Positions 1 through 8,157 of a DNA stretch of 33,044 nucleotides are shown piece by piece; position 1 is the first letter of the stretch; each line of letters opens with the position of its first letter. The stretch comes from an uncultured Pirellulales bacterium (GTDB lineage: Bacteria > Planctomycetota > Phycisphaerae > Sedimentisphaerales > Anaerobacaceae), in contig CAZLIO010000001.1 in assembly GCA_964559025.1 (NCBI GenBank), forward strand, positions 1 through 33,044, given 5' to 3'. Below the pieces are notes generated by a model. The model saw nothing but the letters and a program-made list of their open reading frames with translations, searched no databases and had not been told where the DNA came from. The position numbers and the translations under genes were made by a program.

Positions 1-63
1 CCGTGGTGTGTCATGATCGAGTCGGTCATCGGCGTCTGAGCGAGGACCCGCAGAGGTGACCAA

Positions 64-1101
64 ATGCGCCAGGAGGTTCGGCCGGAGGTAGACCCGGAGC
101 TCTGCACGAACTGCGCCAGGTGTGTCGCGGCGTGCGCCTTCGAGGTGCTGAAGGCGGGCAAAAGCATTAAGCCGGTGGGTTTGACATTGTTTGTTAACTG
201 GGCAATCAAACCGTTTACTATGTATGTGATATCGGTGTTTTTTCTGGGCACGATGTTCTATGGTTTAATCGGCCCGGATGCGGTCGACCAGGTAAAGATG
301 CCCTTCGGCCGGGACCTGCCTGTTGGTGCGGTCTACGGGGCCGGAACCGTTATTGAGGTTGAAGGCATTAAGATGCTCCAGGTTCCACTTTGGAGAAGCT
401 ACTTAGCTGGTTGTATCCTCCTTGGGATAGCCCCGTGCACGGCCATGGTTCTTGTCTGGGGCTATCTTGCCAAAGGAAATGATGGACATACGCTGGTAAT
501 GGTGGCAATTAATTCTCTAACCATGCTTTTGCTCTATGGCCCATTAGGTGGTTTTTTACTTGGCGTAGGCAGACTTCCCGTTCCCTGGCAGGCGTTATTG
601 TTGTCGATTGCAATATACGTTGCCTTGCCGTTGGCTGCGGGATATTTGTCGCGAAAATGGATTATCGCTGCCAAGGGCGAAGACTGGTTCAAGGAAAAAT
701 TCCTGCATTTTCTGACGCCTGTTACGATAATTGCATTGCTTGTTACTTTGGTTTTGCTTTTTTCATTCAAAGGAGAGGTTATTCTTTCCAATCCGCTGAC
801 AATTCTCTGGATTGCGATACCCTTGTTTATTCAGACCAACCTAATCTTCTGGCTTGGCTATGGGTTGGCAAGGATATTAAAGCTCGAATATCGTGATGCG
901 TCTCCATCCGCGATGATAGGGGCGTCCAATCACTTCGAGGTTGCAATAGCGACGTCAACAATGCTGTTCGGCCTGTCTTCGGGGGCGGCCTTGGCGACGG
1001 TTGTCGGTGTGCTTATTGAGGTCCCGGTTATGCTTATGCTGGTGCGGATATGCCTGAGGACACAAGGTTGGTTCGGGACCGTACATCTCGAAAGTAATTG
1101 A
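64..1101 (+). CDS. acr3: ACR3-family arsenite efflux permease. The 5' end is aberrant: the first ~32 aa form a 4Fe-4S-ferredoxin-like head in place of the first ACR3 helices. Possibly chimeric or a pseudogene.
   Basis: From about aa 33 the ORF reads as ACR3: [37 protein letters not shown] (conserved TM Cys), VAINSL and SNHFEVAIA (conserved Glu). It is polytopic and hydrophobic throughout. The head [24 protein letters not shown] is a C-x2-C-x2-C-x3-C motif that is foreign to ACR3. Confidence 0.8.
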   Translation: MRQEVRPEVDPELCTNCARCVAACAFEVLKAGKSIKPVGLTLFVNWAIKPFTMYVISVFFLGTMFYGLIGPDAVDQVKMPFGRDLPVGAVYGAGTVIEVEGIKMLQVPLWRSYLAGCILLGIAPCTAMVLVWGYLAKGNDGHTLVMVAINSLTMLLLYGPLGGFLLGVGRLPVPWQALLLSIAIYVALPLAAGYLSRKWIIAAKGEDWFKEKFLHFLTPVTIIALLVTLVLLFSFKGEVILSNPLTILWIAIPLFIQTNLIFWLGYGLARILKLEYRDASPSAMIGASNHFEVAIATSTMLFGLSSGAALATVVGVLIEVPVMLMLVRICLRTQGWFGTVHLESN

Positions 1102-1141
1102 AAAAGTATAAGTTTGTTTAGAAACTTTTTTTCAAGAGGAT

Positions 1142-1381
1142 ATGCATATGAAGAAAATACAGATTCTCGGTACGGGATGTCCCAAGTGTAAAAAGTTAGC
1201 GGAAAACGCCGAAGCGGCGGTGAAGGAGCTGGGTGTTGAATACGATATTGAGAAGGTTACCAAGATTAACGAGATTATGAAGTTCGGCGTGATGGTGACT
1301 CCGGCTCTGGCGGTGGACGGCGAGGTCAAAGTGGTCGGCAAAGTGCTATCGACAGGTGAAATTAAGGGAATGCTTGAATAG
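1142..1381 (+). CDS. Small thioredoxin-fold redox-active disulfide protein (TM0996/MTH895-like)
   Basis: 79 aa with KIQILGTGCPKCKKL (CxxC) and VMVTPALAVDGEV, the typical pattern of this family, which is often found in ars operons. An SD-like AAGAGGA lies upstream. Confidence 0.8.
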   Translation: MHMKKIQILGTGCPKCKKLAENAEAAVKELGVEYDIEKVTKINEIMKFGVMVTPALAVDGEVKVVGKVLSTGEIKGMLE

Positions 1382-1481
1382 CCCCTCGTTGTTTGAAAGA
1401 GGATATTCATTACTATGAGGGGTGTAATTATGAGTGATACAAATTCGTATGAAGGTGATAATGATATCATAGAAAGCGAGA

Positions 1482-1946
1482 GTGGCTATGTTATTTAAGC
1501 TGATGCAAGGAGCTTTTATTGCTGTGGTTCTTGTGTGCTGTGGTTGTCAGGAGCGCGAAGCCGGCACCTCCTCTGATTTATATCGAGGGCAAAACGGCAA
1601 CTACGGCAAACCGACAATTATGGTATATTACTTTCACAGGACGGCCCGATGCCCAACCTGCATTACTATTGAGTTAAATGCGCATCAAGTCATACAAGAG
1701 CATTTCCAGAAGCAGATTGCAGACGGCAGACTGATGTGGATGCCGATTAACCTGGACGAACCCGGCGGTGAGGAATTTAAAAAGAAGTTCGACGTTGGCT
1801 TCAGCTCTCTCGTAGTGGCAAAGATACTGGATGGCAATCGCATAGAATATAAAAAGCTTAACGAGGTATGGACGCTTCTGAGGGACCAGGAAGGATTTTC
1901 CAAATATGTTACAGATGAAATAAATAAATTCCTGAATGAGAAGTGA
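1482..1946 (+). CDS. Thioredoxin-like lipoprotein, ArsF-family-like
   Basis: It has a lipoprotein-like leader (AVVLVCCGC) and a single CxxC (RCPTC) in a body of about 120 aa. By recollection it resembles the family NCBI labels ArsF. It sits between ACR3 and a CcdA/ArsG-like gene. The start could be GTG 1482 or ATG 1488. Confidence 0.55.
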   Translation: MAMLFKLMQGAFIAVVLVCCGCQEREAGTSSDLYRGQNGNYGKPTIMVYYFHRTARCPTCITIELNAHQVIQEHFQKQIADGRLMWMPINLDEPGGEEFKKKFDVGFSSLVVAKILDGNRIEYKKLNEVWTLLRDQEGFSKYVTDEINKFLNEK

Positions 1947-3393
1947 ACAAATGAATTTCTTGTTACAGTGCCCGTTCTGCAGGGGGGGCAGAGCAGTTCA
2001 TCCGCTGATTCTACTGGCGGTCATTGCCGGGGCCTGGTTGCTGGTGAGCGGGATAAGGGCAATATTTAGAAAGGAAGGTGTTTGGCGTATGGATAAAGTT
2101 GGGAAAATATTAATTGTAATAGGTCTGATTGCCGCTGTGGCTGTTGTGATTATTCTTAAGCAGCAACACAAGGCGGATTCCGGAGCAGTTGTAGATGAAG
2201 GGCCTGTTAAAGTTGCTGCGGTTCCCAAGGCCGAGGGGCCGGAGACCGTTAGGGTCGAGGCGCTAAAAGGTTTGCCGCGTCTGGTGGACCTCGGTGCAGA
2301 TAAGTGCATCCCGTGCAAAATGATGGCCCCTATACTTGAAGAATTAAAGAGCGAATATGAGGGCAGGCTGATAGTTGAGTTTATCGATGTCTGGAAAAAC
2401 CCTGCTGAGGCCCCGAAGTACGGTATTAAGCTTATACCAACACAAATATTCTACGACGCTTCGGGCAAAGAGCTGTTCAGGCACGAAGGCTTCTTCTCCA
2501 GGGAGGACATCCTCTCGAAATGGAAAGAGTTTGGCGTTGACCTGTCGGTTGGTCAGCCGTCTTTTGAGAGACTCAAGCCCGCTCAGGCCGATAACAGGAG
2601 CAAAGATAAAATCTGCTATATGTGCGACGGTGACATCGAACCCAAGACACTTGTGACCATTAGCACAGAAAAAGGGCCGGTTCGGCTGTGTAGCCCGCAT
2701 TGCTATTACATTATGTATTCGTGCCTGACCGAAGACAAGACCGATTTCGAGAAAAAGGTCTCGGTGACAGATTGGGCTACGGGCGAACCAGTTGCCACTA
2801 CAGAGGCGATGTATCTGTACGGTCTCGATGGTCAGACAGGGCGACCAACCATCAAAGCTTTCACCAACATGATACGGCCCGACCAAGCGACACCCGGCGG
2901 GATTGTCATCCCTTGGCAGGTCTTGCAGGACAAGGAATTAGCCAATCGCTGTGGATTTTGTGACCGGGCGTGCTACCCGCAGGATGCGGCTGAAGTTATC
3001 GCCGGGGGGATACATACTTATGGATGCTGTTCGCATTGTGCGCTTGGGGTGGCAGCCCGTACCGGTCTGGATATTGAAGTACGTGAGCGTGACCGGCTAA
3101 CCGGTGAGCCGATTGTTGTTAAGACACTCGGCGGCAAGGTGGCCTCGCTGGAACCGGCGACGGCCGTTGCCTGGTTTGGCCAGCGCCAGAAACCTGATGA
3201 CACGTGGGGCTCTGCCGGCTGCTTTCACCAGGGATTTTTTGTCACTTTAGAGAATCTCAAGAAATGGGTCGAGCAGAATCCTTACGAGACCGGCAGGTTG
3301 ATAAGCATAAGCCAGGCTCTGGCAAACAAAATGAAACTGTCGTCCGAGCAAATTCAGAAGGCCTGCAAGATTGGCGAATGTGTCCCGAAATAA
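1936..3393 (+). CDS. Membrane-anchored thioredoxin-domain protein fused to two TRASH-like Cys-rich metal-binding modules
   Basis: It has a TM anchor (ILIVIGLIAAVAVVIIL) and a thioredoxin domain with CIPC (nt 2305-2316; LIPTQIFYD..GKE). Two C-x2-C...C-x3-C motifs follow at aa 227-256 and aa 339-368. The start is uncertain: ATG 1936 overlaps the upstream stop, while ATG 2089 has AAGGAAGG about 10 nt upstream. Confidence 0.6.
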   Translation: MRSEQMNFLLQCPFCRGGRAVHPLILLAVIAGAWLLVSGIRAIFRKEGVWRMDKVGKILIVIGLIAAVAVVIILKQQHKADSGAVVDEGPVKVAAVPKAEGPETVRVEALKGLPRLVDLGADKCIPCKMMAPILEELKSEYEGRLIVEFIDVWKNPAEAPKYGIKLIPTQIFYDASGKELFRHEGFFSREDILSKWKEFGVDLSVGQPSFERLKPAQADNRSKDKICYMCDGDIEPKTLVTISTEKGPVRLCSPHCYYIMYSCLTEDKTDFEKKVSVTDWATGEPVATTEAMYLYGLDGQTGRPTIKAFTNMIRPDQATPGGIVIPWQVLQDKELANRCGFCDRACYPQDAAEVIAGGIHTYGCCSHCALGVAARTGLDIEVRERDRLTGEPIVVKTLGGKVASLEPATAVAWFGQRQKPDDTWGSAGCFHQGFFVTLENLKKWVEQNPYETGRLISISQALANKMKLSSEQIQKACKIGECVPK

Positions 3394-3517
3394 TATTTTC
3401 TGACTGAGCTGCTGTTTTCTGTGCATGGAGTCGAATATGAGGAGCATAATAATGAATCGCTTCGGCATTTTCACTATTGTGTATTTTTGTTTGTTGGCAT
3501 TGTTGGTCAAATAGCGG

Positions 3518-4216
3518 ATGGAAAAACTTTTTACAACGCTGACACACGCGGTTGAGGGGACGCCGGCAATAGCATTGACTGCCGCTTTTGTATGGGGTAT
3601 TCTGAGCATACTGCTCAGTCCATGCCACTTGGCAAGTATTCCTTTGATAGTAGGTTTCATTGACGAACAGGGTCGTATTTCAACCAAACGGGCCTTTATC
3701 ATATCGGTCCTTTTTGCAGTGGGCATTTTAATTACAATCGGTGCTATAGGGGCTGTTACCGCTGCCCTCGGCAGAATGATGGGAGATATCGGTAAGTACG
3801 GCAACTACTTTGTAGCTCTGGTATTTTTTGTAGTCGGCCTTCATCTTTTGGGTGTAATACCTATGCCCTGGAGCGGGCCGGGCCGGGTTGGTATGAAACG
3901 AAAGGGAATGCTCGCAGCGTTTATTCTCGGGCTGGTTTTCGGCATTGCTTTGGGGCCCTGCACTTTTGCATATATGGCGCCTATGCTGGGCGTTACCTTC
4001 AAATTAGCTGCTACGAATCTCTTATATGGCGTGTTGTTGCTTATAGTTTATGGCTTGGGACATTGTTCGGTCATCGTTCTGGCCGGTACCTGCACCGAGC
4101 TGGTGCAGCGTTATATGAACTGGAACGAGAAATCCAGGGGCGCAACCATTCTTAAGAAAATCTGCGGTGTCCTTGTTCTGATAGGTGGCCTTTACCTGAT
4201 TTTTATTACCCGATAA
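3518..4216 (+). CDS. CcdA/DsbD-type transmembrane thiol-disulfide electron transporter (ArsG-family-like)
   Basis: 232 aa with about 6 TM helices. The two hallmark membrane cysteines are present in LLSPCHLASIPL and ALGPCTFAYMAPML. Confidence 0.75.
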   Translation: MEKLFTTLTHAVEGTPAIALTAAFVWGILSILLSPCHLASIPLIVGFIDEQGRISTKRAFIISVLFAVGILITIGAIGAVTAALGRMMGDIGKYGNYFVALVFFVVGLHLLGVIPMPWSGPGRVGMKRKGMLAAFILGLVFGIALGPCTFAYMAPMLGVTFKLAATNLLYGVLLLIVYGLGHCSVIVLAGTCTELVQRYMNWNEKSRGATILKKICGVLVLIGGLYLIFITR

Positions 4217-4245
4217 GGACATTCCACCAACCTTTGTATTCACTG

Positions 4246-4275
4246 TTGACATTTTGTGGGATGAGGGTGTATAGT
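4246..4275 (+). promoter_or_regulatory. Candidate sigma70-type promoter for the phosphomannomutase gene
   Basis: TTGACA (4246-4251), an 18-nt spacer, then TATAGT (4270-4275), about 87 nt upstream of ATG 4362. Confidence 0.35.
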
Positions 4276-4361
4276 ATTTGGCGAATTGGAAGCTGGATTA
4301 TTGGAACGCGAGCTGAAAGCTCTGTAAGTTTGTTTCTGCGCAATTTAAGGAAGCCGACAAA

Positions 4362-5732
4362 ATGGATCCTGCGATTTTCAAGGCATACGATATACGAGGG
4401 ATTTATCCCGACCAAATCGATGAAGAAGGTGCATGGAAGATTGGCTGTGCCACGGCCCGTTTTTTGCGGTCGCTGCTTAGCGGTTATGAGCGGGGCCAGG
4501 CTAAGGCCCAGTCGCTGTGTGTCGGTCGCGATATGAGGACGCATAGCGAGGCGTTAGCCAAGGCCCTTATTAAAGGGATGAATACCACCGGTGCAAACGT
4601 GATTGATATTGGAATGGTTGATACGCCGCAGATGTATTTTGCAATCAATCATTTTGGCACCTGCGGCGGTGTGCAGGTTACCGCTTCCCATAACCCGGCC
4701 AAGTATAACGGCTTTAAGATATCCGGCCTGGGCGCAAAACCCATTGGTGTCGATACCGGCTTAAAGGACATAAAACATGTCGCAATGGCTTTGCTTCATA
4801 CAAAGGGTAAAGCTACAGGCTCGGTGCAAAAATATGACCTGACCGCCGAATACAAAAATCACGTGCTGAAGTTTCTCAGGCCAAATATAAAAAAGATGAA
4901 GATTGCCGTTGACGCCTTCAATGGAATGGCAGGCAAGACGGTCCCGGCCGTTTTCAGCAACCTGCCCGTAGAAATCGTTGCTCTTAACTTCAAGCACACC
5001 GGCAAATTCAAACATGAGCCGAACCCTCTGATTGAGAAATATCTGGATGAGGTAAAAGCAGCAGTAAAGGAGAAGAAATGTGATTTCGGGGTCTGCTTCG
5101 ACGGTGACGCTGACAGGTTGATGATGGTCGATGAAAAAGGTAATACTATCGGCTGCGATTTAATGACGGCCCTGATGGTGCCGTATTTTTTAGAGAAAAA
5201 GCCGAAGTCGGTGGTGGTTTACGATTTGCGAAGCAGCAGGGTTGTTATGGAAGAAATTATCAAGTACGGCGGCACACCGCGAAGGGAAAGGGTCGGACAT
5301 GCTTTTATGAAAAAGGCCCTGCGCGATTCGCACGCCATATTCGGCGGTGAGCTTTCCGGACACTTCTATTATTCGGACAACTACTATGCCGATTCGGGCA
5401 TGATTACCTTGGTGCACGTGATGAATATTCTCAGTACAGCCGATGTCCCAATGAGCGGGCTAATCACGCCGTTGCGAAAATACTCCGGCAGCGGCGAAAT
5501 AAACTTCGAAGTAGAGGATAAGCAGGCAAAAATGGATGAGCTTGCAAGAAGATACAGCGATGGCCGAATCGACCACCTGGATGGTGTTACTATCGTGTAT
5601 AAGGACTGGTGGTTTAATTGTCGGCCGAGCAACACTGAACCGCTGCTGCGACTGAACGTAGAGGCTTCAAGCAAAGAGCTGCTTGACGAGAAATTAGCCG
5701 AAATTGCCGAACATCTCGGTGAGCCGGTATGA
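4362..5732 (+). CDS. Phosphomannomutase/phosphoglucomutase (alpha-D-phosphohexomutase family)
   Basis: It has the active-site TASHNPAKYNGFK, the Mg site FDGDADR and the sugar-binding GGELSGH. It is full length at 456 aa. Confidence 0.9.
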   Translation: MDPAIFKAYDIRGIYPDQIDEEGAWKIGCATARFLRSLLSGYERGQAKAQSLCVGRDMRTHSEALAKALIKGMNTTGANVIDIGMVDTPQMYFAINHFGTCGGVQVTASHNPAKYNGFKISGLGAKPIGVDTGLKDIKHVAMALLHTKGKATGSVQKYDLTAEYKNHVLKFLRPNIKKMKIAVDAFNGMAGKTVPAVFSNLPVEIVALNFKHTGKFKHEPNPLIEKYLDEVKAAVKEKKCDFGVCFDGDADRLMMVDEKGNTIGCDLMTALMVPYFLEKKPKSVVVYDLRSSRVVMEEIIKYGGTPRRERVGHAFMKKALRDSHAIFGGELSGHFYYSDNYYADSGMITLVHVMNILSTADVPMSGLITPLRKYSGSGEINFEVEDKQAKMDELARRYSDGRIDHLDGVTIVYKDWWFNCRPSNTEPLLRLNVEASSKELLDEKLAEIAEHLGEPV

Positions 5733-5819
5733 TTTATCCGCATCGCCTCTTATGTGTGGATTCGTGCTACTGATTCCAGAGGATAGCAACCTTTCGCAGA
5801 AATAACAAAGGAAAGAATA

Positions 5820-6128
5820 ATGGAAGTTTATACAAAAACATTTCAAACGCCAAATGGCCTGGTTGAAGGAGTGCAGACCAAATGGGCCGGATTCAATATT
5901 CTGTTGGTCACCGGCTCTAAAGGTTTTTTGGCTTGTCCTGCGATTGATGTTGATGCCTGCGAGCGTTACGGCGTAGCCGCGGCAATAGCCGAAAGCACGC
6001 CGGACAATCCCATAGGTACACTGGAACGTTTCCCGAACCGGAATATAACAAAGGCAAACGCAAAAGCCCAGACCTTAGGTATCAAAGAAGGTATGAGAGT
6101 CAGCGATGCCTTTGCTCTTATCGCATAA
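5820..6128 (+). CDS. DUF1805 (YunC-like) protein
   Basis: 102 aa. The C-terminus LGIKEGMRVSDAFALI and the central GFLACPAIDV match my memory of B. subtilis YunC (GYIMCGALDV ... LGIKVGMSGREALLKM). SD AAGGAAAG lies upstream. Confidence 0.65.
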   Translation: MEVYTKTFQTPNGLVEGVQTKWAGFNILLVTGSKGFLACPAIDVDACERYGVAAAIAESTPDNPIGTLERFPNRNITKANAKAQTLGIKEGMRVSDAFALIA

Positions 6129-6174
6129 GCTCATTAGACACTTGGAAATATCCTTACAGAAACAGGAGATGATT

Positions 6175-7413
6175 ATGAAAAGAAACCGCCTTTCTCGCCG
6201 CCGATTTATAGCCGGTGCCGGCGCTGCTATCGGCGCGGCCGTAACCTCCGGCGGCATTACAGTCGCTCAGGGCGTAGGCACGACATCCTCAAAATCCGCA
6301 ATGCCGTTTAGATATTGTTTCAATACCAGCACTATTCGCGGACAAAAACTGAGTTTGGACCAAGAAATCGAGATTACTGCAAAAGCAGGTTACGACTCTA
6401 TTGAGCCGTGGGTCGATAAAATCCACGAGTACGCCAAGGGGGGCGGCAATCTCAATGAGCTGCGCAGACGCATCAGCGACCTCGGCCTGACCGTCGAGAG
6501 TGCCATTGCCTTTTCCCGCTGGATTGTGGACGATGATGCCGAGCGTGCCAAAGCTCTGGAACAAAGCAAACGGGATATGGACGCATTGGCCCGGATTGGC
6601 GGCAAGCGCATCGCGGCACCGCCGGCCGGTGCCACCAGAGAGGCGGGGCTCGACCTTATGAAGGCGGCCGAGCGGTATCGGGTGCTCTTGGAGCTTGGCG
6701 ACGAAATGGGCGTCGTGCCGCAGGTCGAGGTATGGGGTTCGTCAAAGAACCTGTACCGATTGGGCCAATCGATGTTCGTAGTTATTGAAAGCGGCCACCC
6801 AAAGGCATGTCTATTGCCGGATGTCTATCATATCTACAAGGGCGGTTCTGACTTCAACGGCCTGAAACTGCTCAGTCCCCGGGCCATCCAGGTCTTTCAT
6901 TTGAATGACTATCCTGCCGATCCGCCGCGAGAGACGATAGGCGACCGGGACCGTGTCTTTCCCGGTGACGGCATCGCACCGTTGACTCAGATTCTGCGTG
7001 ACCTGCACGCCAACGACAACAGGGCGGTGCTTTCGCTGGAGCTATTCAACCCGACCTATTGGAAGCAGGACCCGCTGGCGGTAGCGAAGGCCGGCCTGGC
7101 TAAAATGAAAGCCGCTGTAAACAAGGCATTAGGTGGAAGCTATAGTCTTGCAGCTAATCCGCCGGCCAGGCAAGCCTCCAATGGCCGGGCAAGCGAAACT
7201 GATTCATTGACAGCCACAGAAAAACAAACCAAACCGGGCGCTACATCGGCAGTGGCCGGATATGGATATGTAGCATCAAAGAACAGCAAAGTCTTTCATA
7301 AGCCCGAGTGTCGCTGGGCAAAGAGAATCAAGCCGGAAAACCTCGTAGGTTACAGCAGTAAAAACGAAGCGATAAAGGCCGGCAAAAGACCCTGCAAGCA
7401 GTGCAAACCATAG
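6175..7413 (+). CDS. Tat-exported sugar-phosphate isomerase/epimerase-like (xylose isomerase-like TIM barrel) protein with a C-terminal Ada-like Zn-ribbon tail
   Basis: A twin-arginine leader MKRNRLSRRRFIAGAGAAIGAAV is preceded by AGGAG. The TIM-barrel body includes IEPW, VEVWG and HLNDYP. The tail is KVFHKPECRWAKRI..N..GY.S..EA.KAGKRPCKQCKP. The longer ORF from 6106 lacks an SD. Confidence 0.7.
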   Translation: MKRNRLSRRRFIAGAGAAIGAAVTSGGITVAQGVGTTSSKSAMPFRYCFNTSTIRGQKLSLDQEIEITAKAGYDSIEPWVDKIHEYAKGGGNLNELRRRISDLGLTVESAIAFSRWIVDDDAERAKALEQSKRDMDALARIGGKRIAAPPAGATREAGLDLMKAAERYRVLLELGDEMGVVPQVEVWGSSKNLYRLGQSMFVVIESGHPKACLLPDVYHIYKGGSDFNGLKLLSPRAIQVFHLNDYPADPPRETIGDRDRVFPGDGIAPLTQILRDLHANDNRAVLSLELFNPTYWKQDPLAVAKAGLAKMKAAVNKALGGSYSLAANPPARQASNGRASETDSLTATEKQTKPGATSAVAGYGYVASKNSKVFHKPECRWAKRIKPENLVGYSSKNEAIKAGKRPCKQCKP

Positions 7414-8130
7414 ATGAGACTTCAGTTCATAACCTGTAAAGTAATGCAGAGGGAGGCGTATTTTTGTGCTGCCCGCTCGAAAAATGTTGTCGATATAGTT
7501 TTGATGGAGCAGGGTCTGCATGATGAGCCGGAAAAGCTTCGCAGTGAAGTTCAGAAAGCTCTCGATAATACCTGCGACATTCAGGGACGACCCTATGATG
7601 CTTCACTGCTTGGTTACGGCCTTTGCAGCAACGGCATCGTAGGATTGTCGGCGAAAATTCCCATTGTTGCCCCGCGAGGGCATGATTGCGTTACACTTCT
7701 GCTTGGCTCGAAAGACAGATATCAGGAATACTTCGACTCCCACCGCGGTGTTTACTGGTATAGCCCCGGCTGGATAGAATCCGGCAAGCAGCCCAGTAAG
7801 GAGCGCTATGAAAAAATGCTCAAAGAGTATAAGGAAAAATACGGGGACGATAATGCTCAATATCTGATGGAGGTCGAGCAAAAGTGGATAAAGGAGTATG
7901 ATTGGGCAACGTATATCGATTGGGGATTTGTCGATTCGGATGAGTATAAAAATTACACGAAACGTTGCGCCGAATTTCTTCACTGGAACTACGATGAGCT
8001 AACGGGCAGTCCCGTCCTTATGCAGAAGCTTGTTGACGGTGATTGGCACAACAGCGAGTTTTTGGTTGTCAAGCCCGGCCGGAAGATTAGCGAAGACCTG
8101 ACAAAAGATGGCATAATAAAAGCCGAGTAG
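7414..8130 (+). CDS. DUF1638 domain protein
   Basis: The pattern FITCKVMQRE...GLHDEPEKLR...LLGYGLCSNG...APRGHDCVTLLLGS...YW.SPGW matches my recollection of DUF1638. Its ATG directly abuts the upstream stop (TAGATG). Confidence 0.55.
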   Translation: MRLQFITCKVMQREAYFCAARSKNVVDIVLMEQGLHDEPEKLRSEVQKALDNTCDIQGRPYDASLLGYGLCSNGIVGLSAKIPIVAPRGHDCVTLLLGSKDRYQEYFDSHRGVYWYSPGWIESGKQPSKERYEKMLKEYKEKYGDDNAQYLMEVEQKWIKEYDWATYIDWGFVDSDEYKNYTKRCAEFLHWNYDELTGSPVLMQKLVDGDWHNSEFLVVKPGRKISEDLTKDGIIKAE

Positions 8131-8157
8131 AAAAGAGGAATCTTCTGAAGGCGTTTT

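Noticed and set aside
1415-1498. A small acidic ORF (MSDTNSYEGDNDIIESESGYVI from ATG 1430, with a GAGGGG SD-like motif) lies between the mini-thioredoxin gene and the ArsF-like gene.
   Set aside because: It overlaps the start of the ArsF-like gene in another frame, has no recognisable features and could easily arise by chance. There is not enough support to report it.
2344-3804. Antisense ORFs of 180 aa and 185 aa lie opposite the Trx-TRASH gene and the start of the CcdA-like gene.
   Set aside because: The plus-strand frames carry clear thioredoxin, TRASH and CcdA motifs. The antisense ORFs have no recognisable domains and cross gene boundaries.
8131-8157. I expected a yybP-ykoY manganese riboswitch upstream of mntP.
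   Set aside because: Only 27 nt separate the DUF1638 stop from the mntP start, which is far too short for the riboswitch of about 100+ nt. No conserved riboswitch helices are seen.
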